From positions 1,762,515 through 1,826,514 of the forward strand of contig OZ316897.1 of NCBI GenBank assembly GCA_973895155.1: a stretch of DNA of 64,000 bases, written 5' to 3'. Positions 11,566 through 28,638 of this stretch are shown piece after piece (position 1 is the stretch's first letter; every line of letters begins with the position of its first letter). The stretch is from Marsupella aquatica (taxonomy: Eukaryota; Plantae; Marchantiophyta). A program made the position numbers and the translations under genes. The notes below the pieces were generated by a model, which saw only the letters and a list, made by a program, of their open reading frames with translations, did no database searches and was not told where the DNA came from.

Positions 11566-14500
11566 AGCTAGTGTTTATACAAGGGTGTCCTCCTTTTACA
11601 TACAGGGAATCTGGAATGCACTTTCTAAGGCACAAGAACACTTCAGAGGGCCACAGCACCTCTCTATGAGGATGAACCTTTTTTTTCTAAATAGAGTGTC
11701 ATCATAATATCATTTTGAGTTCCTTATTATACCTTGGATTTAGTGTATTGCAAAATGAAGAGTCATTTTCACTGCTATTTGAACATTAATGGTGACCCTA
11801 TATATTATTTTATATGAAGTTATAAAAATTCATTTGGTCAAATCAGTTTGTACTACTTCAAGGAAATCAGCCTTGTACACCACATCGTAGGGTGTGGAAA
11901 TTCAATGGAAGCCATGTTTCATGAAAGGCGTTTCCATGTTCCATACTAGACACTCCACATCTGTAAGAAAACCCACTGTTCTATATTTACCTCATGACCA
12001 TTCTCAAAAGCAGTTTGGGTTGAAAGGCTTTCACATGCCCCCTACCTGTTGTACACCTTTATGGGCATTTGCAGGCCACCCTGATGTTTGCAGTCTCTTT
12101 GAATGGAATTAAGTTGGGTGTTCGATGCAAAAAAAAATGTCTTATGTTGTGTGTGCAAGTGCCCTGGGTGGAGCAGGTAGTTTTCCACCCGTTGATGCTT
12201 GGCTCTTGAGTGCTCATTGACTCTTGGCCATGGACAAGGAGGAGCTTTCAGATGCCGGTGGGGCACTTGCATCTCTCTGTGATGCGGTGGCAGCCATTTA
12301 TGGAGACCCTCAACACTATGGAGCAGCTCATGATCTACCCCACCAGCTGTGGAAGTGTTTGAATCCATTCACCCTATTTTTTACCATTTCCTCAGTGCCT
12401 ATGCAGTTTTTGGTGTAGAATGACAACCTAGTACATGCTTTTGGTCCTCATGGGCTTCTTTTGGCATCAAGTGTCAGTTGCTCTTCAAAGGGCTCAGACA
12501 TTCACTATCTGGCAGATGATGTTAGTTTAGGGCATCTAGTCAAATCCCTCTTGGCAACCCCAACTGTAAAATCTCGGGTCCATTGCCCGAGCTATAAGTC
12601 CATAAGACCCCTAGTCAGCCATTATTCCTCAGCCACCATGAATTTTCCCACGTCACACCCAGTCTGCCTATCAAAGGTGACTGGCAGGACGTTAGCTTAG
12701 GAGAGGTTTACTCATGAATTTAAAAAGTTGCTTCCAGGAATGCTTGATACCAGAGTACCCTCTTCTCTGAAGTGATTACTACCCCTGCGTTTTAAGAGAA
12801 CCTGATATCTGAACAAAAGACCCCTACCTATTGACCCAGTCTAAATCCTGAAGTTTTTAAGAACCAGATGTTCACGTAGAGCTCTCAAGCAGTTACATAA
12901 TACGGGTAACGGTCAGGTGTCTTTTAGACGATAGAGATATACAATATATCCCTAAACAAGAAGTGCATTGATCATGGTTACAACCATAGCCCAGCAATGA
13001 GGTACGTCTTGTGGTAAAACTGCAAATTGCGGAAAATCACACTGCTTAGTGGGCATCCAAATCCTCTGGAGAAGGGCTCTCACGTTTACGTAAGAGCTCC
13101 AGATGACTCCATATTCATCCTAACGCCATCTGTGGATGGAGCTTTGGTTTACGCCTGCCACTCTAGGGTCCTTTGGCTGGCACTCTCCAAAGACGACACT
13201 AGATGAACAGACTTCTCAACCTTCCAATTGTTACTTGAACAAAGAAATCATCCGAAGCTGGGCACATGGTTTTTTTGAGAACTACACCAGTGACAAGGCG
13301 CCAAATGAAACAGCTAGCCGACAGTAATACTCCATTCGGTTGTGAAGTCTTCAGAGGCGAAAACACAAATCAACATCCAAGAGGCACCATCATGTGAACC
13401 CTTGTCACCACCTAGCCATTGTCATACCAGTAATAACAACTAGAGTTCCACATGATACAAAAAAATCCCATAACTAAGGTGAAAAGATTTGCATTCAAAA
13501 TTTGGCACAGGCGATCAAATGGCGACTACCAAGCTTAGCCACGCCACCAGAGACGTACAAGAAAGACAAATTCGTGGCAACCATGTTTCGTTTTTGAAGA
13601 AGAGGGACACGTTTGGATTTGTACTCCCTTGTGGAGAGATCTGTGACCCAAGTTTTCATCCCCAGGATTAGATTCCGGTTCTGGTGAACAAAGCACTCGC
13701 GCACAATTCAGATTACGTGCCTCTTTCGAGGCCTGGGATGGCAGAAGCAAGCAAACTACGAACTCAGGACCTATCCAGACGCATCCAATGACATGCGCAA
13801 AACTACACGATAAGCTCAAAAGGCTTCAGCTGTAGTCCACCCTCCCTTACACCACGGGTGCTACTTGACAAAGTCCCCACCAAACCCATATAGGTTCTAT
13901 GCCTCTAGTTTGACTAAGAGGACACGAGAGAAGCCTGCCTTTGGTAATGCCATGCTGTGGAGTCAATTACCAGCGGGCTGAAAGCAGAATATGTCAACAC
14001 TTATCTTAACAACACTTCGCACTAAATCCCGGAAATGTGTTAATGTTCGAGGGAGCAGAAACAGGTCTTCTCTTTCTGAGCTAACAGGGCTGGTTATTAC
14101 AGAACCGCTCGTAGTGCTAATTTTTCAAAAGTCCACCCGTTTGGTGGTTATCGCAGAAGTCCACAGCCTCGTCTCTTGTCTTCGATGACGATGCCCACAA
14201 GGCCAATGTAGGACCACTCTTCTGAGGAATTCCCAGAATAACGTCTGCCAACGTTGGTGTCAGCGAGGCACGCCCTTCCCCCTCTGAGATATTTCTCACT
14301 TCACAAAGCTAATCTGGAACAACTTCTACAACACTTATTCCTTAAAGCACGGAAAGCACAAGGAAGCCTTTCTGAATTCAGAACCTAGAACAGGGAATGG
14401 CTAGTGGCTACACACTATTATAAAGCTGAATTGGCTGCTGGAGAAGAATATCTGACAAATGTACCTCCGTTGTCCGAATTGCCCTCAGCTAAACCTAGGC

Positions 14501-14568
14501 GTAGCCAATCCAAGACAACTCATGCATTTGACCCCTTTCATCGAGGACTACTTTTACGGCCCAATCTG

Positions 14569-15495
14569 TTAGACCTCCTCTTTAGGTTTGGTGTTGGAAG
14601 ACACAATGAGCCTCTCTTCTAATGCACGAGCACCACGCTCCCTTCTTCTGGCGGCCTCAGCTGAATCAGAACCCGGAAGAGGATTTCCTCCAAGCAACAT
14701 ATCTTCTGTTTCATCACTCCCCAATACGTGACCCCTCCGTCCACAGCAGAGCTTGTCAAACCATGTAGCTACTGGATTCACGACGGGCCACAAAACCTCC
14801 GGGAAAAAGGTCTGGAATGCAAACTCTCCGCTTGGATCCCCGGCCACGGTCGACTCGGATCTGCGCTGGAAATACCGCAAATAAATCCAGCTCCCATATG
14901 TCCCAAACAAAAGAAAAGGAACGTGCACGATGGGATCCTCCAGGAAGATGCCCAGAAGAATTGCAACCACGACCGTGACCGCAGGCAGCCATTTTGCACG
15001 CAGCTTTCCAACTTTGATTGTCGATGCCAAGATATCATAGTCGGGAAAGATCTGCTTGACCGCGACGCAAAACCCAGCCAGCACGCCATGAAGCCCTGCA
15101 ATTGGGGTGTAGAGCAAGTCCTCATCCCCAATCACGTAGTACAGAACGATGGCCACAATAAACGTGCCGACGGAGGAGAACAGATTGACAACAAGGATGA
15201 ACTTGAAGAACTCCTTCGGTCCCCAGACGGGCTCGAACAACCGGCCGAAGAACAACAATCCTGACAAGCTCACTGACAGTCCTACTACTGTGGGCTCGAA
15301 GAAGCCTGCTGTGATCAAATTCCATGTGAAGGGGATTGTTTTCCCCGGCACGAGAGCGAGGTAGTCCACAGGCGTCCTGAAGATCTGTTGCAGGATGAAG
15401 CCGACAGAGATGATGGTCACCAGCGCCTTCGATGGCTTCAGTAATGCCGATGCTCCTCCTCCTCCCCCTGGCGCGGCTGGCGCAGGGGCACTCAT
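14569..15495 (-). CDS. RBL19: TMEM115 / rhomboid-like protein 19 (DUF1751) membrane protein, single coding exon, 308 aa
   Basis: YLALVPGKTIPFTWNLITAGF, GRLFEPVWGPKEFFKFI, GFCVAVKQIFPD, FGTYGSWIYLRYFQ, GDPSGEFAFQTFFPE and C-terminal EAARRRERGARALEERL match this family. Several hydrophobic segments are present. Confidence 0.92.
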   Translation of the reverse strand: MSAPAPAAPGGGGGASALLKPSKALVTIISVGFILQQIFRTPVDYLALVPGKTIPFTWNLITAGFFEPTVVGLSVSLSGLLFFGRLFEPVWGPKEFFKFILVVNLFSSVGTFIVAIVLYYVIGDEDLLYTPIAGLHGVLAGFCVAVKQIFPDYDILASTIKVGKLRAKWLPAVTVVVAILLGIFLEDPIVHVPFLLFGTYGSWIYLRYFQRRSESTVAGDPSGEFAFQTFFPEVLWPVVNPVATWFDKLCCGRRGHVLGSDETEDMLLGGNPLPGSDSAEAARRRERGARALEERLIVSSNTKPKEEV

Positions 15496-18400
15496 TTTCG
15501 CGAGATCTTTTTGTTCACTTGATTCTGCTTATTCCAAAAGTCTCCTTCAAAGACTGACTTCCCCTACTCACCGAATCTCCTTCTTCCCAGACTTTCTCTC
15601 CCTCGCGGAGTTACACGAAGGGCCTTCTCGCAGCAGAGTATTTCCACCTGAACAAATGGTAGCCATTAAGACGACAATCTCAATGAGAACTGGACCTGCT
15701 GGGCTAATTAAGAATCCTCTCAAAGCATTCCATTTCTACCTGATACAATGATAGAGCCACGAAGACGGCTATCTAAATAAAAGGACCTGTTGGCTAACTA
15801 GCGACCCTCTGAAAGGCCCTGTGTCTCTATCTCAGCAATTGGCAGCTAATGAAAAAGAAATCAGTGGTCTTGCAAGAGGTCCTGCACCCAGAAAGCAGTA
15901 ATAGTTTTCATGTGCCACAAAGAAGAGAACGGAATGCAGACAAGCAACACATGTACGCAGCTGAAGGAACGCAGACGAGATAGATACCAAACGGCGAGGG
16001 GGAGAGCGAAGAATGTGATTAATATAGTCTCATCAAAGACACTGAGTATCTGATGCTATTTCTAGCCTCAAATGACCAAATACCTCCGTCAGACCGCATT
16101 AAACACACGACTCCCAGGTCTCCTTAGGACGTAGCAGACGACTCACTTTAAAATGTGTTCAATCTCCCTTCACGAGACCTTTAAAAGACATTAGGTTCGT
16201 TCAGTCGTTGGTCCTTCGTTCTTTGGAAAGCTAGCTTGCACCAACCAATTCCGTACGACCATTGTCTCTCTCCACAGGAAAGTAAATCGAATTACCCATC
16301 AAGCATTGGGGAATCGCTCTGTCAGCTTCACTGACAACCCTAAAAGAGAGCCTTCCGAGGTCCGTTCCTAGGCCAAAAACATAGACCTAAACCTCGCCTC
16401 AGATTTGCATCGCACAACAGGGCTGCAAACACAAACCTGGAGTGCGATCGAACTACACCCACCAACCGAACCAAATTATGCAGCAGCACCGCTTTTTACC
16501 GCGCACGGGCAACGCGTGTTTCCAAGTCCCAAAGATCCACTCCAAAAGAAACAGGCAGCGAGAAATTAGTCACCTGTGCGCAGCGCGATGAAGGAAACGA
16601 AAAATTGAGCAAGGAATAATAGTTCGATCGATGTCCTTGCGCTGCTGACAATGTCCCTTCCCTTCGACCTCCACGGACTCCTGTGCTCGATCTTTCTCCT
16701 CGGGCGGCCGAGCAGGCCAAGAAATGGAATGTGCGTTCAATTTCAAAACTCCTTCGAGGGAAAAGCGAACTGAAAGTTGGAAGCGTAAATTGGAAGCGTG
16801 CAGGAGCTCCGACCGGCCGGGCCGCTGGGTCGATCGATCGACCACTTCCGAAGCAAGAGAGTGCGAATTTCGTCGATGCTCACTCTAGTCTTTCTCGTCA
16901 TCAATAAGATGAGATGAGATCCTCGAGCGAATCAAGTGCGAAGGGAACTGTGGAGCGACTCCTCCCGAAGAACCCGCAGGCGAATCCAGTACAATCGACG
17001 GACCACGCTTCTTCCGAGAAGTGAGGGAATCTCGTGAGCCGTTAGATGTTGTTGGACTGTGGTGGACGCATGTCGAGATCGGTTGGAGTACTGTGGTCCG
17101 CCGCGGTGATGCCAAGGAGGACTGCACACTGTTGTCAAGATTGTGATGATTGGTACTGTTTTTCCTTTGGCAGTTTGATTTATTTATATTCTTTTGGGTG
17201 AAAATATCATCACTTGACACCTTTTTAATTTAATTATTCACGTTTAGCCTGAGTGTCGGTTCTTTGGACTTACTAGCCAGACTACCCCTTCCTTAAACAT
17301 AAACAGAATTGAAAACAAAAACAAATTGAAGAAAATAAAAATCTATATTCTTTTTTGTTATCTTTGCACACCTATTTGTTTGTGCACCTTTTAGATTTGT
17401 CTTATTGAGTCATCATACATTTTGTCCTTATTTGAGTTGCACTTACAAGTAGCTTCTGTTTGCTATTCTATAATAAGATACAGTGACTAAAATAGCTGGC
17501 CCCTTCTGAGACTATTTTGGCTTATTCATTCAAGCCTGTTGCCTGTTTACCGTTTTGCATTCTATTGGAAAGTGTTTACCAATTCACGTTCAATTGGTTT
17601 AGATTTTCTATGCAATTCATGCACTAAAAAAAAATACAGTGCTTCACTACTAGATTACAATAGATTCAATCAATGAACATCCCCAATTTCAATAATTAGT
17701 TGTTAACCCTATAGTAAAGCTCAACAAACGTGGAAAATAAACTAATTAGTGGACACTTAGAACTCAACAAATGCCCAACTGATATGATCACCCCGTACAC
17801 CCCCCACCCCGACCTTCCACCCATTTTCTTTCTTTCTCCTTTCTCCTTTCAGTTCAATCTGTTTAAACTAATTGGTTTGATGAGGTCATCATAAAGTTTT
17901 GGCACATCCATTTCCTTTCAATATGTTTTAGCAAGTAGCTCGCCAAGCTGTAACGACAAAAAACTCTCAGCACAACCAGATTTGAGACAACAAATTTTTA
18001 AGGCTATATAACTCTTTTGATGCATCTAATATGTTGACATACCCTAGAAGCACAGAAAGAATATCATTAAAACCCCAGAAGAATCATTGACTAATTTCAA
18101 GTATGGCCGGTATATAGTGCACACCGTTTTGTCACTCATAATGACCAACATCTGACTCATCCCCAGTGACACGGACCTTTACTCATAACTGTTGTAGACC
18201 ATCATCCATGTGATGTCTCTTTCTTACCCAATGATCCATTGACTGCATCAATCAATCAGATCTAAGGGCTAGATATTGTCATTGTTATTTTTTAGAGTAA
18301 GAAAATTAAATGTAAAGAAATAAATTATTTTTATTTGAAAATAAACAAAATGCTTATAGTAGGTTGCCTCCTCTCTTTGTTGTTTGGCATGTTTAATTTC

Positions 18401-18524
18401 CTTGAGTCCATACCATTCCTGGGTCTAACCATTTTTGTTGGTGTTGCAACAAGCACAAAGGGTTGTGTTTGCTTGTTACCACCAACATTGCCATTTGTGT
18501 TTGTGGCAAAAATTGATGAAAAGC

Positions 18525-19400
18525 ACAACCACATGGTGGCAATGACAACCAATTGAAACAATAATGGACTTCTACAACCACAACACAATTGCAATAACAA
18601 CCTGAACAGAACAGAGTTGTGATGATAAGTCTGCAATGCACAAGAATAGCCTATCACCACAACAAGAGAGTCATACCCAGTCACAACAACAACATAGTTG
18701 CAATGCACAAGCATTGAGCTCCTTTGAGGCATTGATCCCAACTGTAGGCTGCCCCCTCTTCATATGGGAAAAAGTATTATTGTTCATTTATAAAGTGCAT
18801 TTACTCCTTGAGAGACCAAAAGGTTAGGGTAGATAGATATGTGATCCAAACTACTCCAAGCACCTACCAGAGACCATCGAGAGTGAACTGAAACCACAAC
18901 ACATCTGTACCAACCGACATGGTCACAATGACAACAACCCAGTTGAAATGATAATTGATTTTCACAACACAATGGCAACAACAACCCGATCACAACAACG
19001 ACATCAACAACAACAAGAGAGTTGCAATTAAAACTGTGCACAAGCACTGAGCTCCTTAAACCACCACTAGCCATGACAAAAACCTGGTTACACCAAATTT
19101 CACCATAAATAGTATCCTTTCCTGAATTTGTGGAACAATCTCGAATGCAAGAGGAGAAGAATGAGAGGAAAATGAAAAATGTAGAAGTATTGGACACTTC
19201 CCCTTTTATATGGCTGGTGGCTGTTTAAGTGGGCATTGACCCAAACTGTAAGATGTCCCCTCTTCATATGGGAAAGAAAAATGATTGTTTATAAAGTGCA
19301 TTTAGCCCTTGAGAGACAAAAAGGGTAGGGTGGATAGATATGTTATCCAAACTACTCCAAACACCTACCAGAGTCCAGAGTCCAGACCATCCAGAGTGAA
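18525..19400. repeat. Interleaved local duplications (A-B-A'-x-B') between RBL19 and CPOX
   Basis: The CAA-rich block ~18525-18722 matches ~18912-19055. The block CCCCTCTTCATATGGGAAA...CAAACTACTCCAA.CACCTACCAGAG at ~18737-18887 matches ~19240-19400. Confidence 0.8.
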
Positions 19401-19769
19401 TGTCCACTGTACTTTACACATCGCATTTGTGACATTGGCCTCTCGTTGTTTCCTGTGTTTTTGCAGAAGCATCACCTCTCTCGATCTCTCACCCAGGTTT
19501 TCGGGAGCTCTCGTTTGGCTCCCCAATTGGTGCCCATCTTCGGTACGTTCAAGCATTCTGCTCAAGCTCTGTGCACAGCAATCTTAGATTACAGGTTGTG
19601 TTCGTTCAGTCAAGCAGTTCATTGTGTTTGGGTGTGAAGAAAAAATCCATCGAGTCTCGAGGTCGGAAGTTGCTCGATTTTGAGAGGCAACTTCTTCCCT
19701 GAGATTTGCTCGTCACAAAGCTCGTGGTGACTAGCCCTACCCAGAAACTACTGTAGGTCGAAGCCTTTT

Positions 19770-20045
19770 CTCAAACTCCCGAAAAGACATGAAACCTCCA
19801 CTTGGCTGTGTCTCGTTTTCGGTGTTCGGTACTACTTTTGGATGGTTGAAGCATTTTCTCAAGCTCGCGATTGGAAAACTCGCCTCTACTAACAGTCTGT
19901 CTCGTTTCGTTGTTCAGTACTACATTTGGTTGGTTGAAGCTTTTTCTCAAGCCCCCGAAATGAAATTTTGCCTCTACTAACAGTGTGTCTCGTTTTCGTT
20001 GTTCGCTCCTACATCTGGTTGGTTGAAGCATTTTCTGAAAGCTCA
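19770..20045 (+). repeat. Three-copy ~88 bp tandem repeat in the CPOX upstream region or 5' leader intron
   Basis: GTCTCGTTT(T)CG.TGTTC...TAC.T.TGG.TGGTTGAAGC.TTTTCT occurs three times. An acceptor-like CTCCTGCAG lies at ~20135. Confidence 0.85.
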
Positions 20046-20170
20046 ACACAGAAATTGTTGGTGCACCGGCTTTTCGAGTATTCAGTGATCTTTGACCTGG
20101 ACGTACTAAAATTCCTGCAATGTTCGCTCCTGCAGGTCACTTGAATGTGTCTAGGTGGTGAGAGGTAGCC

Positions 20171-23492
<3,322 letters not shown>

Positions 23493-24324
23493 TTATTGAG
23501 GGATGAACGATTTTGTTATTATACTTGCTGCGTCGAGTGTGGTATTGGGACAAATTCAGACGACAGTGCTAGTGAGAAAATTCTGTAGTTAAGTAATTCA
23601 CATATTCGTTTCACCTTACGTCTGAGTGGGCGAAGATATTTGTTGTTCACCTTCCCTCGCAGAGATTTGAAATGGGTTCGTCAAGCGTTCACTGTGTGGT
23701 ACCTTGGCGTTGGAAAGCAGCTGCCCTATATGTTAGGGAATCAGCCTTTGAAGGAGGGTATTAAACCACTGTACCCGTCAAGTGTAGAACTCAGTCAGTA
23801 ACTTAGTGACCTACTCAAAAGCTTGAAAACTTGTTCATCTTGGTTCGCTAATTTTGCAAGTTCCAGTTTTGAGTATGGCGAGATGAAAGTTTATTTGTTC
23901 CTCGTACCTCAGTAATACATGTAGACAGTGGACTGACGAGCTTTGTTCTGTTGTAGTGACTTCGATGTCTGCAATTCGTAGGTAGTTGAATTGATCAAGC
24001 CTGGTCTAATGAAAGCTGAAGGCAGAGAACTCTTTCCCTCCATTAACCAAAGAGCCCCGTTGAGAGATTTAGTGAGCCAGTGAGGCACCTGGATGCATAT
24101 CCATATGCTTGAAGGGGACTTAAGCGCACCAAAAATGGCCCATCGCATTTTGAACCATGTGAGAAGCTGAGAACTACTATGAAACGACAGTACATGCAGT
24201 ATAGGATAGTACAGTGCTGCAGGAGTGTTGCTGCTAAATTGCCAAAATTGCCAGAGCAGCTGCAGACATTACATTGAAAGAGAGTGAAAATTCATTACTA
24301 CGGTTACCTACTCTACAAGTCTTC

Positions 24325-24532
24325 GCCAGAACAGAAGTGAAGCCGGTAAAGAGGGCAAGCAACTGAAGGAAGTGGGTAAAGATAAGGAACGGCCCTAATG
24401 TTCGCTTGAGAGAGCTTCGTAATAAAAAAAGTCTCCGCCAGAACACAAGCCAGTAAAGAGGGCAAGCAACTGAAGGAAGTGGGTGATGATAAGGAACAGC
24501 CCTAATGTTCGCCTGAGAGCTTTGTAACAAAA
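24325..24532. repeat. ~110 bp tandem duplication
   Basis: GCCAGAACA...GTAAAGAGGGCAAGCAACTGAAGGAAGTGGGT...CCCTAATGTTCGC occurs twice. Confidence 0.85.
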
Positions 24533-25924
24533 ACCATTGACGATAATGCCCTTGGTGATCAAGCAAACAACTAAAACCTGATTTGTCTTTGGGGTGCACC
24601 ACAAGAACACACGCCATCTTTAAAATGGTGAAAGTGTTTCGCATCCCTAGCAAATATATAGCAACCATGTCTTTCAAAATTGTCTCTTTCCACTTATCTT
24701 TCTCCGGTGAGGCCCCCGGTGGGCCCATAGCTTCTTCATAGCTAGACGGATCTAGTCGAAGTACTTGTTTACATTACCACTTACCTCTGGCGTTGCTGAC
24801 TTTGATGCTGAGTTCCTCCATGGTCCAGGCCCGCAGGACGGTCATCCTAAAAGAATTCTAAGTATAAGGAGACTCGTGGGCAAGGAAGTGTTCACTTGTA
24901 CTAGCAAAGGCGATGGCTTGAGCTAGTGCTGTGCACAAGGGGCTTACACCAGTGTTAGGAGATGGTTGGGTCATTGGAAGGGCCGAGCTCAGGGTAGACC
25001 GTCTGGACCGAGCGGACTCCAAGTTCTGAGGACTTGAGTCAGAGCCCCTAGCCTCTTGGGGCCCAAATGCTAAGAAGTTTAGTTCATGTGGAGCGAACGC
25101 TTAGCGGACGAGAAACAACATGGATCGCAACCCCCAATTGATGATGAGTATTGAGGGCCCAAGCAAGAGCACCATGTCAGGTCGACCACAATAGACTAAG
25201 GCACTTCACCTTGTTAGCTTTGTGTCTAGTCGGTCGGGTTGGGGTCCAGGTAGAGGGCCAAAAATAGGGGACCAAAGTTGGTCGGGGGGTGACAGGTCTT
25301 CAGAAGCATATATGAGGGGAATGGTGCCTCGTAGAGGGCAAAGGGTGATCCCAAGCTGAGATACGTGATGGTCACTCTACTAAGGAGAAATGTTGAATAG
25401 AAACAACAATATCTCTTCAACGAAAAGTCTGTTGGAGTATTGTTTTAATTGGTACAAGAGACAGATATATACATTCATATGTATATTCTTGGGTGCGTTA
25501 AAAGCTCTCAAGGAGGACTCACTCTTGTTGATCTTAGCCTAGGGGTGCCTATGGTCCTCATAAGTTTTGCGAGCTATCACCACTGCTTCTCGATTTTGCC
25601 GAAACAACAACCAAGTCGCGTTCAATTCCCATGGGAGCCTGTGTTGGGGAGGCAAAGCCAAGTAGGCTCGGGTGTAGAGTATGCCCTCAAGATTATAGTG
25701 GAGTTGGATTCATCAAGACGGTTGCTAGAGTTGGGGCCGAACAGGTCCCAGCCTTTGGGACAAGCTAGGTAGTTGGGTCATTGGCATGTCATGGAGACAA
25801 GGCGGTCAGCCAGTGACGGACATAAAGTGGAGACGCTCAGGCAACATTCGGTAGAGGGGTTATTCTAGAAAACTGTGGGTGTCAGACTTAGTTTTAGCTT
25901 ATGGCAAGCACTAGTACTCTGGTT

Positions 25925-26180
25925 AAGAGTCATGATTGAAAGAGTCTTGGTTGATGTACCGCCAAATGTTTCTTCTCTATGCCTAGAGTCATGGTTTATT
26001 TCAGGCAACATTTCTTTCTAACTGAGTCATACTTGCTTTGTAACATTGTCAGAACCTACTGTAGTACTTTAGTTTAGAATCATGCTTGATAGAGTCTTGC
26101 TGATGTTCTGCCAAATGTTTCTTCTCTATGAAGCCATGGTTTATGTTCTAGCAACTTCTTTCCAATGGAATCATGCCTAC
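25925..26180. repeat. Degenerate ~150 bp tandem duplication
   Basis: AGAGTCTTG..TGATGT..GCCAAATGTTTCTTCTCTATG appears at ~25941 and ~26091. Confidence 0.7.
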
Positions 26181-28638
26181 TTTGTACTAGAGTCTACGTT
26201 TGGGTTCAGGCAAAACCTAGTACTTTGGATAAGTCATGATTAATGATAAAGTTTTGGTTTTATGGTCTGAGAAACTTGGGTCAGAACGAGCAATAGCATC
26301 GGGACTGGACGGGTGTACGAGGCCCCAGGCAAATGGGGGAGCATTCACTCATTGTAGATTTAACAAGCAGTACTCGCTTTGCCGGCTGGTATGACAGTAC
26401 CACAGTACCCTGCCCCGGCCGTTGTCTTCGTGCACCTTCTTTGTACCGTCTCCCATGCAACTCTTGCCCATCGAGCACCTTGTACCAGTTTGCCTAGGAA
26501 AGTTGAGTTATGGTGACCACCAGACAACTTGTGCAAAGCAAACAATTACACCTTTTGATTACAAGTGCTCGACATTTTACAAGAAGAAACCAACCCCACA
26601 CAAGGAAAGTCAAGACACAAACAAGCCATGACCTAGAGTATCAAGCTCTAAACAACAACCTCAAAATACAAGATTGCTTGCACACCACGACAGAAAGTTA
26701 GTTTATAGAAGGACCAGAAGTGGGATATAACAGTACTCTCAGTTGTAGAAGTGATTCCATATGAGGATGTAAATATTTGTCATTTACATCATTGTGGACA
26801 TTTTGTTGTTGTTAGGCTTCAGTTACACAGGTGAACTACTCAACAATAGTGAAGGGGAAGTGAGTCTCTGAGCCCTCCCTCCATTCAAATACAAAATTGC
26901 TCACTTTAAAACAGAGGCTAAGAATGATGGCAAGGCAATGCAAAGAAAAACAATGAGGAATGGAGGGAAGGAAATGAAACTGGAAGAGGGTGATATGGGC
27001 AAGAGCACCTAAATTCTACACAAAATTAGTCACTGATGAACTTTGTTATTTTTGTTGCAATTTTAGTCTTTCCTAAATTTTCTCAAAAGGTTTCGCTGGG
27101 TTACCAGGTTTGAAGGTGACAGTTTCAGTTTATTCGAATTTAATAAGCCCAAACTCCACTATATGAGAAACTGGATGTAGTCAATCCTTGCCTTCACACC
27201 AACATTAAATATTAGTTGTTTCACCAAAACAAAGTCACTTGCACGAGCATCCAGGGTCCCACCTGTCATCAACTTGATAAAAGTGAAAGTTCAAGATGGT
27301 TGCTTCTCGTGGTTACAACTGAAACACAGAAATGAACATCATGAAAGTTTCACACGAGAGGCCTCTCTAAGCAAAAACACAAGTCCCAAACGCAAGAGTC
27401 TGGAGATCCAGAACTGGGACCTCAAAAATCTGGAGTACAGCATTCTCATCAAAAGACCAGATTTGTGGAATTTTGAATATATCCTCAATCAAATCGAAGT
27501 TGCAATTTAAGTTGAAGATATGTCTCATCACTGAATATGTTTTGATCCATTCTGGTGATGTAGTGTACATTGGTGCCCCCTGATGGCGGCTTCTTACAAT
27601 GCAGGCAGAACAGGGGGAGCAATTGATCTGAGTGTGTGTGGCATACCCTGGGAGAAAAAAGAGGGTGTGGAGATATGGCGGTTTGGACAAGCGTTCACCT
27701 ACTCTCCGTGGACATCATCAGGGAAAGGGCAAAGTCAGTGCAATCTGTAATCGTTGGTGAATCGCTTAGTGATATGATCTTGATCCACTGTTTAGTGATG
27801 GCAGTGAGTGCCTGCCACATTAAGTACTATACGCTACATCTGTGAAGGTCAAATCTCCCGGAGCTGAATTTGGAGATCTACTGAACCTCAAGCTACAGCC
27901 TGAGTTCTTGCACCACACACAAAAAATTGGAGAAAATGCTTCTTCGAGGAGTGTCGAGTCTGCAAATAAGTCGAGAGGTAAAGTTATTGAGAAAACACAT
28001 CAATTTAGCAGTTATGAAAGTCAAGCAAGAATATGAATTTGGAAGAGTGAAAAAACTTGTCCCACAAACATTGAGGGAAGGAGTGATACGCCTGACTTAG
28101 ATTTGATTACGATTGATTACGATTTATTAGTTCTTTCAATCCATTGTATCCTGATGCCCCATGGTAAACTGGACAGAGATCAAGTCCATGAGAGGACAGC
28201 AGCCAGCTATAAGACCATCGGAGGAAGGAGGACATACTACTTCCTGAGAACAGAACAGTTCAACAAGAAGGGAACCTGGTAGAACCAGATGTGAAGAATT
28301 TATAACAGGCTTGCCCCCTCTGGACATAATAAGTGTTCAGTAAACAAATTTAACTGAAAACTTCTTCAGGATCTCTTAACACAATCGGGAGCCTGATGAA
28401 CTGACCAACTCAATTTCGACTCGATGAGGTTCAATCTAGATCCATCTTCCGATGCAAAAGGACATTTGAATTGGATATAGTCCTCAGTATCTACTTGTGG
28501 TGAGATACTACGAGGCCCCTGAAATTGTTTTCATCATTTGACCTTCGACCACTACCTCTCTCCATTGCCAAATGGTCAAAAGCATGAATGAAACAGTGAC
28601 GTTGAAATCGACACGGATCCAATGGAGAGGGCTTTTAC

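Noticed and set aside
14728-15751. Plus-strand ORFs of 178, 71 and 118 aa
   Set aside because: They are antisense shadows of the GC-rich RBL19 CDS.
24720-25860. Possible decayed retroelement fragment
   Set aside because: The composition is suggestive, but I could read no diagnostic motif.
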